NCBI RefSeq assembly: GCF_006345805.1
Contig: NC_042998.1
Coordinates: forward strand, 27,218,001-27,282,000
Length of the DNA: 64,000 nucleotides
Direction: 5' to 3'
DNA from: Octopus sinensis
Lineage: Eukaryota
Shown in pieces: positions 48,277 through 60,789 of the stretch (positions within the stretch are counted from its first letter, which is position 1; each line of letters begins with the position of its first letter). Position numbers and translations under genes: made by a program. The notes under the pieces were generated by a model, which ran no database searches, was not told the origin of the DNA, and saw nothing but the letters and a program-made list of their open reading frames with translations.

Positions 48277-49638
48277 CATTATGAACAGTCAAACATCATC
48301 GCTATCTTTCCAAATCCTGCTGCATTTTGCATGGAATTTTTGGTCCTCCAAACTTGTCTTGGTGTATATGTCGACTTACCGTTCTTGGTTGTAAATTCTG
48401 GTCTGGAAAATTCAACTTGTACGCTAGAAAACACAGTAGTTTCATCAAAGAATGGAAAACAAATTCACTAGTTAGCTTCATCAGATGATGGTTTCCGCTG
48501 TTCACAACTTGAAAACAAAATAAAACTTATAAAAAGCAAGAACAAACCAGGTTCTGTTAGTTTTGTTATTTAAATTTTAATAAATCTGATAAAATTTACA
48601 TACAATCTCATAAAAATACTTTTCATAAACAGAATACAGTATCATAAGTGGATTTGCCAATTTTTACCTTGTGAAATGGCAAAAAGTTTTTGCATTACTG
48701 ATCAGAAATGGTTATACTGTTATGTATATTTTAACTAGTCGCCATCAATCATAAACATTAGTCTGTTTATTGGATATAGATATAAGGATGATAGAAATTG
48801 ATTTTGTGTGTCCAAGTAAATGAAATTTTCATTTCAATGAAAACACTAAAATAGAAACTATACAGAGGTAATATTTGCTTTAAAATTTTATGATAATTGG
48901 TGAGATAATCAAAATAAACTGTTCTCGCATTATGTTATTGGAAAAATCAATATGTTCTCTTTATGCTTCTTAAAAGCTTTTGACTCTTTTATTTAATTAA
49001 GTTCACTTGTGAATTGACTTTTTCATGAAACAAATGTATTTATTTTAATGCCAGTACACATTACACACTGACGATTATGAAGAATAATATAACTATATGC
49101 AGAGGAATATTTTTTACAAAATAGTTGCTGACATTGGTTTCCATGCAGAAAATCTAAAATTCTATCATGACATTTTATATTATCAAGTTGATGTGTGTTG
49201 TTCTATTTTCTTTAGAATATCAGTATTTTTCCCTATTCAGTAATCGAATCATATTTATTCAGGTTAATTTGCAATGAATACGATGATTCTTTTTTCTTCT
49301 GTAGGATTTTACAATAAAGTAAAAATACTGTGCAAGCTAAACATTCTCCATATGTTAATAGAATGTATATGTATGTATGTATGTATGTATGTGTGTATGT
49401 GTGTATGTATGTATGTATGTATGTATGTATGTATGTACGTATGCATGCATGTATATATGTGTAATACGTGTGTATCTGTGTATATATATATATATGTGTG
49501 TGTGTATTTATGTAATCATATATGTATAGACATGTGTGTACATATATTTATATATAATATAACATATATGTATATATAATATATTTATATATAAATGTGT
49601 GTGTGTATGCATGTATGCACGTGTGTGTGTGTATATAA

Positions 49639-49669
<31 letters not shown>

Positions 49670-50413
49670 TGTATGTATGTATGTATGTATGTATATTTAT
49701 ATATGTATGTATATAAATTAGAGAAGAACCACCATGAAGCAATTCATGTACATATATGTATATATAATATATTTATATATAAATGTGTGTGTGTGTGTGT
49801 GTGTATGCATATATATATTTTTTTTTTCTGTGTGTGCATGTGAGTATATATATACTGTCCCACACTAGAACAGCTTTGAAGAATACACTGGAAACAATTT
49901 TCATTTTGAATATATATAATGAATTTATATTACCTTAAATTACATATTTGTTTACAACAACAGTTCTAAATATGACCGGATATTTCCATTTTCAGAATAT
50001 AATCTCAATTTATTAATGATTATTAATGATATAATAATGATTTCTTGTGACTAAGCATGAGCCCATTATTTTTAGGTAGGGCTGCAGCTAACCTGGTGAT
50101 TCAATCTCAGTATCCTACAGATATCTATTTTTACTTATTCTAGAAGGATTAGAGGCAATGTCAGATGTGGTATGATTTTAATCTTAAAACAGTATCATGT
50201 TCTTAGTTCCTAATCTTCACACTTTGTCGGTATCACGATGATTAATAACTATGATGGCACAGGCCTGGCTGTGCAGTAAGTAGTTTTCTTCCTATCCAGA
50301 AGATCCAGGTTCAGTCCCACTGTATGCTGTCTTGGGCAACTATCTTCGGTTATAACATTGGACTGACCAAAGCATTGCGAGTGGATTTTAAGGTGGAAAT
50401 TGAAAGAAGCCCA

Positions 50414-50464
<51 letters not shown>

Positions 50465-50569
50465 GTAGAATTAGAAAGAGAAAGTCCTTAGTACAATATC
50501 ATATACTTGAAAAAAATTAATAGAAAAGGCTTCTCTGATAATTTATCCAATTCAATAATCATATACTCT

Positions 50570-50970
50570 TACTCTCTTTTGCTTGTTTCAGTCATTTGAC
50601 TGTGGCCATGCTGGAGCACCGCCTTTTAGTCGAGCAAATCGACCCCAGGACTTATTCTTTGTAAGCCTATCGGTCTCTTTTGCCGAACCGCTAAGTTATG
50701 GGGACATAAGCACATCAGCATCGGTTGTCAAGCGATGTTGGGGGGACAAACACAGACACACAAACATATACACACACATACATATATATATATGTATACA
50801 TATATACGATGGGCTTCTTTCAGTTTCCATCTACCAAATCCACTCACAAGCCTTTGGTTGGCCCGAGGCTATAGTAGAAGACGCTTGTCCAAGGTGCCAT
50901 AGAGTGGGACTGAACCCGGAACCATGTGGTTCGCAAGCAAACTACTTACCACACAGCTACTCCTATGCCT
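50570..50970 (-). mobile_element. SINE family B
   Basis: Full-length reverse copy. A + strand 5' fragment lies at about 50270-50460. Confidence 0.85.
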
Positions 50971-51539
50971 ATATGTTTATAAATTATTTGTATACACATA
51001 TATATATATATACATATACATATATAATCAAATGAATAAAAATGTATGATGGATGATTGTCAGCTCATTACAGTTGTTAATTATGTAACTTTTAATGAAT
51101 AATGAATAATGAATAATGAGATACACCACATCATCATAAAATACCTTAATCATCATATGAGAACTTAATGTTTACAGAAAGAAGGGGTAACCCAAGAATG
51201 CAGCAGAGATGTGTCTGTGGAGGCCAGCTATGAAAGGGAAATGACCAACAATTCTAACCAGTTCTTGAAAGAGTGTAATATGATATCTAAGGTCAGTGCC
51301 TCCCCCACCCCATGGAGGAGAGAAGGAGTCTGTTGGACTAGAACAGGGGCAGAGGTGAATGGGGTTTTGAAAATAATTTATAGTAGATTTTAGTGATGAT
51401 TAGGAGAGGTCATAAAAAAACTATTAAGGGGGGAAAAAAAGAGATAAATGAATCAACCCTAGGGTAAAAGAAAATTAAAAAAGATAATGAGGTAAAAAAT
51501 ATAAAAAGAAAATGAAAACATGAGGAAATACAATAATTT

Positions 51540-52123
51540 TTTTCTACTCTAGGCACAAGGCCTGAAATTTTGGGAGAGGTGGGGCAGTCGATCAGATTGA
51601 CCCAGTATGCAACTGGTACTTAATTTATCAAACCCGAAAGGATGAAAGGTAAAGTTGACTGCAGCAGAATTTGAACTCAGAACGTAAGGACAGATGAAAT
51701 GCTGCTATGCATTTCGCCCGATGTGCTAATGATTCTGCCAGCTCGCCACCTTTGAAACTCTTTTATACTCTAGGCACAAGGCCTGAAATTTTGGTGGAGT
51801 GGGGGGCAGTCGATCAGATTGATCCCAGTATGCAACTGGTACTTAATTTATTGACCCCGAAAGGATGAAAGACCTCGGCAGAATTTGAACTCAGAATGTA
51901 AAGACAGATGAAATACCTATTTCTTTGACAAACAAGGACAGACAAACGGATTAAGTCGATTATATCGACGACCCCAGTGCATAACTGGTACTTATTTAAT
52001 CGACTCCGAACGGATGAAAGGCAAAGTCGACCTCGGTAGAATTTGAACTCAGAACGTAGCTGCAGATGAAATACTGCTAAGCATTTTGCCCAGTGTGCTA
52101 ACGTTTCTGCCAGCCCCTCGCCT
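51540..52123 (-). mobile_element. Three family A SINEs in tandem
   Basis: Copies at about 51540-51752, 51758-51920 and 51930-52123. Confidence 0.8.
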
Positions 52124-53054
52124 TGAGAAAATGCAATAACAATATAAGAGTCCATTCAGAGTAGGGTTGGGGTATAGGAATCCCTATATAATGGTTAAAA
52201 GAAACACAGAAAACTTAGGGGTATAAGTGGTTAATTGTTGGGAAGACTGGAGGGGGGGGCGAGTAGGGGCCACCAAACTGTATAGAATCAAAGTTATAGT
52301 AAAGTAGAAGGCAGCGTAAAGAGTTTAAAATTTACAATAAATGAATTAAAAATTTTAATGTACAAATTTAAAGCTAGGTGGGATTATATAATAAACTATG
52401 CCTAGTATGGAGTTAGAGGAAAAAATATATTAGATCAGATATCAGGAGAAGTCAGCTACATGGTGTAGTCTAATGATAAACTATAGCATGTTAAAGGGGT
52501 GGCGATGATATCAAAATTTGGATGGTATAACCATCTTGGAATAAATCAGGTGAAGCAAGTCAGGACAATAGTCACAAGTAATAATCATGTGTTTTATTCA
52601 TTTGATTACAATACACCAAGGGAATTTACTACTTATTGGATACCCTAGAGTATACAAATAATGTACTGCTCAAGGTAACATGTAGAATGGATCGGCCCCT
52701 TATGCGCTAAGTACTCATAAGGTTGGTTTTTTTCTGAAATATCCTATCTGATATCTCGACTCAAAACAAACATTGGCTGGGACCACAGAATTACTCAACC
52801 CTACCTGGTGCATACCTTTCAAGTACCTGATTCTAATCGGAATCCTCTTTTTAATTCTTGTGTGTGTGTGTGCATATATGTATACTTTTATTTTTTTATT
52901 CTTCTATTTGTTTCAGTCATTTGACTGCGGCCGTGCTGGAGTACCGCCTTTAGTCGAGCAAATCGACCCCCAGGACTTATTCTTTGTAAGCCTAGTATTT
53001 ATTCTATTGGTCTCTCTTGCCGAACCACTTTATAGGGTGTACTGGGTTCTTTTT

Positions 53055-53360
53055 TGATGTGACACCAGCACAGGTGCTTTTTATATGGCACCAACACAGG
53101 TGCTTTATACATGACACTGGCACAGGTGCTCTTTGTGACACTGGAACAGGTGCTTCCATACATAGCACCAGCACAGGTGCTTTTTATATGGCACCAACAT
53201 AGGTGCTTTATACATGATACTTGTACAGGTGCACTTTATGTGACACAGGAACAGGTGCTTCCATACATAGCACCTGCATGGGTGGTTTTTATGTGGCACC
53301 AGCATCAGCGCTTTGTATGTAGTATTCATATGGGTGCTTTTTTATGTGGCACTGACATGG
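53055..53360. repeat. About 26-bp minisatellite with a four-monomer higher-order repeat
   Basis: About 11 units of GGTGCTTTTTATATGGCACCAGCACA type; the block from about 53060 is repeated from about 53165. Confidence 0.85.
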
Positions 53361-54319
53361 ATCATTTTATCAACCCCAGAGGTATAAAAAGCAAAACTGA
53401 CTGCATCCAGACTAGAACCCGGGCACACAGAGAGGACACTAAATACTGGAAAGTGCCTACTTCAGTGTTCCGGTGTTTGCTTCTCTATGCTTTTTTCATG
53501 CTGTATTGATAATGATTTCTTTCGACAAGGTGACAGGCCAGTTTTATGAAGGAAGTAAAACTACAGTCATTCGAATTGACTGCAGTATTTGTTCTGATTT
53601 ATTTTATTGGATTTGGAAAATGAAACAGAATAAATGGTGCATGAAGGTACATACTATAAAACATCTAGTCTAACACTTTACCGTTTCTTCCAGCTCTCTA
53701 ACCTATATTACATGTTCGGTGTTTAATAAATTTTGAATTTTTTTAGAGCTATCATTTCCTTTTTAAAAATTATTAAAAAGAAAGTATTAACTAAACATTC
53801 ATATTAAAAGGGTTTTCTTTTTTAAAAAAATGTAATTTTTTTTTTTCAGATAAAAGCATCTACTAAAATTTAAGTTATTGAATTGCAAAATAAGGTTTTC
53901 ATTTAAAGCTGCCAGCATGCTAATGGCCTAATTACATGCAAGTATAATGTCAAATATTGGTCAAAGCATTTTTATTGCTTTTGTCAGAGTATTCCAATTA
54001 TTTATACAAAAGCTAATCAGATATTTCTTGTATGCTAACCAAAGGACAAAGCCTTTTCAAGTAGATATTCCTGTACACTGTTACATTTTTTAGCTTGTAT
54101 TAACAACTTTTATCTTTTGTCAGACATTTATTTTAAAAAGCTTGTCCATGTTTTTTGGGCTCAAGAAAATAAAATCTACTCTATAAAATATTCTTAATAT
54201 ACTGTACATATTTTCTAAGCTCAAATAAGTAGTGGTATTAGTCAAAAGAACCTTGAAATTAAAAATAGTACAGGAACAGACAAAAAAACCCCAAAAAGTA
54301 GAGTATTTAGATATTTAGA

Positions 54320-54675
54320 TTGCGGCCATGCTGGGGCACTAGCTTAAAGAACTTTTAGTTGAATGCATCGATCCCAAAACTTATTTTCTTTTAATCCTGG
54401 TATTTATTTTGTTGATCTCTTTTGCCCAAACTGCTAAGTCATTGGATGTATACACACCAACACCAAATGTCAAGTAGTGGTTGGGGACAAACACACACAC
54501 ACACACATATATATATGACAGGCTTCTTTCAGTTTTCACCAACCATATCCACTCACAATGCTTTGGTCAGCTTGAGGTTATGACAGAAGAAACTTGCTTG
54601 CCCAAGATGACACACTGTGGGACTGAACCCAGGACCATGTGGTTGGGAAGCACACTTCTTACCACACAGCCACGC
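54320..54675 (-). mobile_element. SINE family B, diverged
   Basis: Degenerate full-length copy. Further fragments at about 2560-2720, 16985-17120, 18160-18300, 19625-19780, 20340-21465, 40545-40800, 41505-41655, 45068-45315, 45980-46120 and 52910-53030. Confidence 0.7.
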
Positions 54676-55249
54676 CAACTAATTTATGTACACTGATATA
54701 ATCATTCTATTTCGAAATTTTGTATTTTGAAGTGTTATTATCAAAAATGTAAGGATTTGTTTGGAGATGAGTTTTCATATTTTTCCTATTTTTTAAAAAT
54801 AAATCCAGAAACTTTGAATGTGATTTCTGGGGGGAAAAAGTAATTTTAAACTAAAATTGTCTTTTGTTGGAAAGCTTGCATTCAGTTAATCTTCTTAATC
54901 TTAAGCAACAACCCTCTATTTTTTGTTTTTTTTGGTCTGTCCATGTTACTATTTTTAATTTCAAGGTTCTTTTGACTAATATAAATACTTATTTGAGCTT
55001 AGAAAATATGTACACTATATCAGGAATATGTTTTAGAGTAGACTTTATTTTCTTGAGCCCAAAAAACATGGACAGGCTTTTTAGAATAAATGTCAGAAAT
55101 TTAGAAGTGTGTGCGGCAACAGGTTTAATCCATAACCATGGGTCCAACAAAATGTATTTTGTTTCATCATTGTTCTTATCAGGGATTAGAATGGTACTGT
55201 GTATGTCTCCATCTTACATATGGGTATATATATATATATATAATATATA

Positions 55250-55620
55250 CTAGCTGTATTGCCTGGTGTTGCTCGGGTTTGTTTCGACCCTTTAGAATTG
55301 GAATTTTTGAAAAGTAAAAATTTTGCATTATGTAGCTTGTTATTCTCTTCAAGTGAACATTTTTCTGGTTGAAATACACCGTAAAATGACGACATAGCAG
55401 TAAAAAAATCGTAAAAAATAGGGATTTTCATAGAAAAAAAGCACCTTTTTGATGTAAATAATTTTTGGCATTAACATGGTTTGATTTGAATTTTTTCTTC
55501 TACAAAAGGAAGAGCAAGCCTTCTTCTATCATACTCTCAGGATGTCAGAGGAGATAGTGTTAGTTGAAGGCTACCAAACCTGCCATACACAGACAACTTC
55601 AGCTTCATATATATATATAT
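55250..55620 (-). mobile_element. Non-autonomous Helitron, copy 4
   Basis: Reverse-strand copy. CTAG end intact; 5' end merged into (AT)n. Confidence 0.8.
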
Positions 55621-55784
55621 GCAACTCAAAGTATACTGTAATATATATTTATTATGGCCAATCTTACCAATCAGTTTCACACTGCATTTTAAAACCAGAT
55701 GTCAGATAATGTCAGATAATACCATGCATGCTTATCAGAGCAGGCAGGTATGATATATATGTATGTTATGGATACATACATACA

Positions 55785-55817
<33 letters not shown>

Positions 55818-56099
55818 GATTGTAATTCAATATATTTGAAATTGGTAGTATGTTATAAAGTCATGCAAAAAAAAAAAAAGTCTTGAAATACCGTTATCTT
55901 TGAAAGACATATAAGCAGCTTTTAAACCCATCTAATTCAATACAGTATGCATTAGCACATTCATTTCCTGTTGATTTAAATTTTTTTTCAATTTTACATA
56001 TATATATATATACACACACACACGCACATATATATATATATATCTATATATATATATACTAACATATTTATATATAAATATATATATGTGTATGTATGT

Positions 56100-56167
56100 T
56101 TAAATGATGATGATGATCATCATCATATATATATATATATCATCATCAATGATGATGATGATGATGA

Positions 56168-56200
<33 letters not shown>

Positions 56201-56217
56201 TAGATAGATAGATAGAC

Positions 56218-56270
<53 letters not shown>

Positions 56271-56272
56271 TA
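56100..56272. repeat. Compound (GAT)/(CAT)/(AT)/(GATA)n microsatellite
   Basis: Directly visible. Confidence 0.95.
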
Positions 56273-58280
56273 AAAAGAATTTAGTGAATTTGATGTAGAA
56301 ATATCAAAAAGCAATTTTTTTTCTCTTCTTGTCTCATTTATTGAATAGCTTATTGCTAAGCTATATCATTGCCTATTTGTATAAGATGCTTAGTTGATGG
56401 GGAGTATAAACCTTTTAATTGGGCATCATATTATTGATTAGTATCTTCATGTATAGTGAGAGGAATGACTCCCTTTAGCCTTAATTGGATTAATATTTCC
56501 TAATGACTTGCTGCCACTCTTTTGAGAACGTGTTTATACGATGTTAACTATTATTTTCCCACAACATTCATATTTCAGTGAGAGATGTTGCTTTGCTAAT
56601 CAATATTACATTTTATTTTAATTAGGATTTATCCGAAATAACTTAAAGGATATTTTAACCAACTGTGATATTCAATACAAATATGGAACTAGTTAATGTT
56701 CTCCCTTTTTAAAGTTTTCTATATATGGTGTATTAAATTTTCATATTTTTAAAAAGTAATTTATTTAATTAAACATTAAAATGAAAAACAAAAAAATCAA
56801 AAAAAAAAAATCAATTAACTGCTGCACATAATTATAGCTTTAAAATATTTTACTGAAAAAAAATCTGTTATCTTCTCTAAGATAAAAAAAAGAAAGAAAG
56901 AAAGAAACCTTAAAATATATTTGTTTTCACCCCAAGTAAAATTAAATGAGAGAATGAATAGATATTTATTGAAAGAAACAGTAGTATCAATGAAAGTCGT
57001 CTATGGAATATCTTAGCTAGCCTTAGTAAGAAATATTGGTAAAATAAATATTCCCAAATGATTTTTTTTCTTCTTCTCTGAAAGTAGGTATCTATGCACG
57101 CTCACGACTGTTTTTAATAATTATTAGCTGTTGAAAGATCAATATATCTGAATAACTCACACACATCTTATGCATGTATTCAATTCAATTTATAAATGTG
57201 ATACGTCTATGTGTATCATATATAAAGTGAATGAACACATGCAAATATTTTATTCAGTGAATGTATGTGTATGTATATTTATATATATGTATGATAGATA
57301 TTTTTATATTTATTTATATATATATATCTAGGCGCGCGCGCACATTCACTGTCTGTATATTGAACGCGCACACACATACACATACCTAACAGGCGCAAGT
57401 TTAATATAAAATGTATTTAGAATTAAATGCAACAAAACAGCTAACAATGAGAAAAAATAAATACGCTTCAGTAAACACAAGAGGAATATTTAAGTCAAGA
57501 AATACTTGGATTTGATTGGTGCATTAGAAGTAGTTACCAAGCTAGCGGCACTAGATTATAAATCCAGGCAGAAATTATTCAGTTTTCAAGTTAATGATAC
57601 AGCGTAACATGACAGTATTTTATACACACACACACAAACACACAGAGGTACATATATATATATATATATTTATATATATAATTTTATCTCACTTTCAAAA
57701 ATATTTTATTGTTTGTGAGTGAGTGAGTGTATGTGTCTGTGTGTGTGTAATTTGTAAGTCAGAATTATACTGTGTCGTTTTCCTTGAATACCAATTAAAA
57801 CTAAAACCTTAATGAACAACAATAATTTGATCACTTTTCTTAATTGTATAAAACATGTGCTTTATTTCCGACACCATAATGGCTCCTAGTTCATCAACCT
57901 TATTGATCGTTAACGCTATAGATTGTCATTCGACACGCGCGTGTGTGCGCTCACACACGCACGCATACACGCACACATACACATACTTTACGACAACGTA
58001 TGTATGTATATGTACTCAGACACACAGACACATACGCGCGCGTTATCTCTCACACACATACACACGCACACAAAGTTTATGTAAATAAGAATTATTAATA
58101 TTTCCTTATCAAATAATGAAAATTTTGAATCAAATAAAAGAAAATTGTAATGCTTAAATTATTTCTAATTAAAATATCTTGAATTATTTAATATTTTACT
58201 AACAAAGTAAATTTTATTCCAGTAATTTCAAAAATATTCAATGTTTTGTATCACACACACACAGCTAGTTAGGATTTTAA

Positions 58281-58312
<32 letters not shown>

Positions 58313-58582
58313 CTAGTAAGATTTTAATTATATATATATATTATATATATATATATATATATATGCACACACACAGAGAATTTTAATTATGTAATTAAAA
58401 TTTACATGTATATATATATATATTAAAATTTGTTATATATAAATTTATATGTATATATATATATATATATATGAAATTTATGAGTGTATATATATATATA
58501 TATATATATATACATACACTTACATATAAATATCTATATATACACATAACTTTAGTTAGGCTTTTAATTTTATATATATGTA

Positions 58583-58613
<31 letters not shown>

Positions 58614-59579
58614 CGCCTAGTGTAAAAGAGAAAGTATATTGATAAATTAATTGTATCAACAAACTAAGAAAATATTCATTTCATTTTGATTTCATTGAAT
58701 TTTTTCATTATTATTACTAAGAAATAAAAATTCAAATGAAAGAAAAAGTGTCTCTCACAGGAAGAGATAGTTTTGGTTCGAGGAAGTTAGAGATATAAAG
58801 AAGAGAAAAATGGAAAAAAGGAAGGAAAAAAAAGAAAGCGAATGGGAAGGAGGGAGGGAGGGAGGGGGGGAAAGTGAGAGGAAATAGTTTCTCTTGATAT
58901 TGATAATTTTTCTATTCCATAACAGTCATTTTAATTTAGCAATTGGGTATTTTACGACCCGTTTCATCATCCATAGCCTTATCGACCAATCGTATGAGTT
59001 TGTAAAACGATTGAATAGTGACCTATTTAGATGGCAGATTTGTGTAGCTTATAACATACAAGCTGCGGCTCACATACATATAACAACAATACTTCCAGTA
59101 CGGTGGTACTGATGAATTGTCGACGACGTGAAAAATCTGTTTGCGATTCTTTGCATTTTCAAGGAATATAGGAACAGATACACACACACACACACTCACG
59201 CTTTATCACGCACTTACACACACACACACACACATGCTTTATCACGCACTTACACACACACATAAACACATATATAAATACACACACACATATATATAAA
59301 TACACACACACATATATATATGTAAATACACACACACACATATATATATATGTATATATACATAAAAGAAATTTGATTCCTTACATAGTACCTACACACA
59401 CACACACGTTTGCAATTAAAAAAAAAAAATTATCGTTTTTATTTTGAAATATAAAATAATGTTACACATTTAAAAAAAAAAGAAAAGGAATTATAAAAAA
59501 AAAATGAATATCAACATTTGCAGATTTCATTATCAAGAGGAAATATATTTCTTAATTTAACTTAGCGTGATGGAATAAT

Positions 59580-59648
59580 TTGATTCATTTTATTTTATTT
59601 TATTTTATTTTATTTCATTTGATTTCATTTGATTTTATTTGATTTCTT
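59580..59648. repeat. (ATTTT)n pentanucleotide run with ATTTC/ATTTG variants
   Basis: Directly visible. Confidence 0.9.
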
Positions 59649-59689
59649 CCCTCTACTACGAAATTTCTGTTTAGATAGGAAGACAAATA

Positions 59690-60135
59690 TAAACTTGGTG
59701 CACTCACTCAATTGAAAGAAAACGAGGACTTAAGCGATTGGAATGAGAGAAAAATAAGATAAGAAATTATTTCCGAAATATATATATGTATATATATGTA
59801 TATATATATATATATAGAGGGAGAGAACAGCTAACGGAGATATACACTTGAGAGAAAATTCTAACACCGGGACACGCGTTTAAATATTATCCATACATAT
59901 ACGTATCAATATAAATTAAACCATCAGATTTAGGAAAAAACGAAGAAAAATATTAAATCATCTGAATATACGATTCTTCTTGTTTGTGGAGCGTCGTGCG
60001 CTGATATTTTGAATAGATTATGCTAATGAAGCACCTCTTCAAAGGATGACGTCACTAATTAGAATTGGAATATAAAAAGTATTGTTGAAGTTTTTACATG
60101 CGGAAATGCAGACAGTTGGTTCCGAGTAACCAGCG
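59690..60135 (+). promoter_or_regulatory. Putative promoter/5' region of the ARID5B-like gene
   Basis: CpG-retaining unique sequence immediately upstream of the ATG. Contains reverse CCAAT (ATTGG 59737-59741), octamer-like ATGCTAATGA (60020-60029) and a perfect CRE palindrome TGACGTCA (60047-60054). TSS unknown. Confidence 0.45.
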
Positions 60136-60159
60136 ATGGAAGAAGACCCAAAACTTCAG
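60136..60159 (+). CDS. ARID5B: ARID5B-like gene, coding exon 1 (MEEDPKLQ), phase-0 donor
   Basis: ATG GAA GAA GAC CCA AAA CTT CAG followed by a perfect donor GTAAGT at 60160. Splices in frame to the 60538 exon. Resembles the vertebrate ARID5B N-terminus MEPNSLQ|WVGSPCG, recalled from memory. Confidence 0.8.
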
Positions 60160-60537
60160 GTAAGTGTTTTGCTCTTTAAGTTGAAATTAAATTAAAAACT
60201 TGTGGGAGGGGGTTGCCATTAAATATTTTATTTATAATAGTAAATATTTGATTATAAGTAAAAAGGAAATTTGTATCGCCACTTGTTGAATTAGTTTCTC
60301 GAAGTTTATACTTGAAAGAAATTAATCAAATTCTTAATTCTTTGAATTTTATTTATTTCACATAAATAATAAAAAAAAAAAAACTTGTTTCTTGTATTTG
60401 ATGAGTTCTTGAAAGTTTCGATTTTATTTCTTTAAAATATGGATATTTTAATTGAAACTATTATAAGCGAAATGTTGCTTTTCCAAAAAAATTTATGTAG
60501 AATTTGATTACTTTTAACTTTTTTTTTTTTAATATAG

Positions 60538-60789
60538 TTTGTCGGGTCGCCTTGTGGTAAACATGGATCTTACATATTTTACAAGGCTTTTAGATATTTC
60601 AAGGAAGGCCAAACAAAGATTCTTTCTCCTGGAGAATTTTTCTTTCTCAAATTATTGCGTGATGGACCATTATGTATTGGTGAAATTCAACTCTTATGGC
60701 AGGATGTTCATAAGCAGAATTTATCAAGCTTACGTCTATATTTCCTTCCTAAAGACACTCCTATAGGAGAACTCCCTTCACATGGCCAG
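60538..60789 (+). CDS. ARID5B: ARID5B-like gene, coding exon 2 (N-terminal BAH-like region, 84 aa)
   Basis: Poly-T tract plus AG at 60536-60537 and donor CAG|GTAAGA at 60790. Open frame FVGSPCGKHGSYIFYKAFRYFKEGQTKILSPGEFFFLKLLRDGPLCIGEIQLLWQDVHKQNLSSLRLYFLPKDTPIGELPSHGQ matches ARID5B WVGSPCGLHGPYIFYKAF...GDFFFVR...PICIAELQLLWEE...SKLYFLPEDTPQG..HGE. Missing from the ORF track in this frame. Confidence 0.92.

Noticed and set aside
48200-48282. (AAT)n(TAT)n self-complementary hairpin
   Set aside because: Simple juxtaposition of opposite-strand microsatellite tails.
51170-52840. Purine-skewed segments with a KGVAM-like peptide suggesting Penelope RT
   Set aside because: Too short and decayed; no second RT motif found in any frame, so not called.
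53055-53360. CRISPR-like appearance of palindromic repeats (also 35195-35490)
   Set aside because: No unique spacers of uniform length, no cas genes, eukaryotic context, and the monomers derive from a retroelement motif or microsatellite.
59097-59140. CTGATGA...GAAA hammerhead-like string upstream of ARID5
   Set aside because: Stem II is irregular, and no UH cleavage triplet with compatible stems I and III can be built.
59185-59260. Duplicated GCTTTATCACGCACTTA upstream of ARID5
   Set aside because: Explained by slippage within the surrounding (CA)n tract.
60539-60766. Track ORF MSGRLVVNMDLTY... overlapping ARID5 exon 2
   Set aside because: Wrong frame; the conserved peptide is in the frame starting at 60538.
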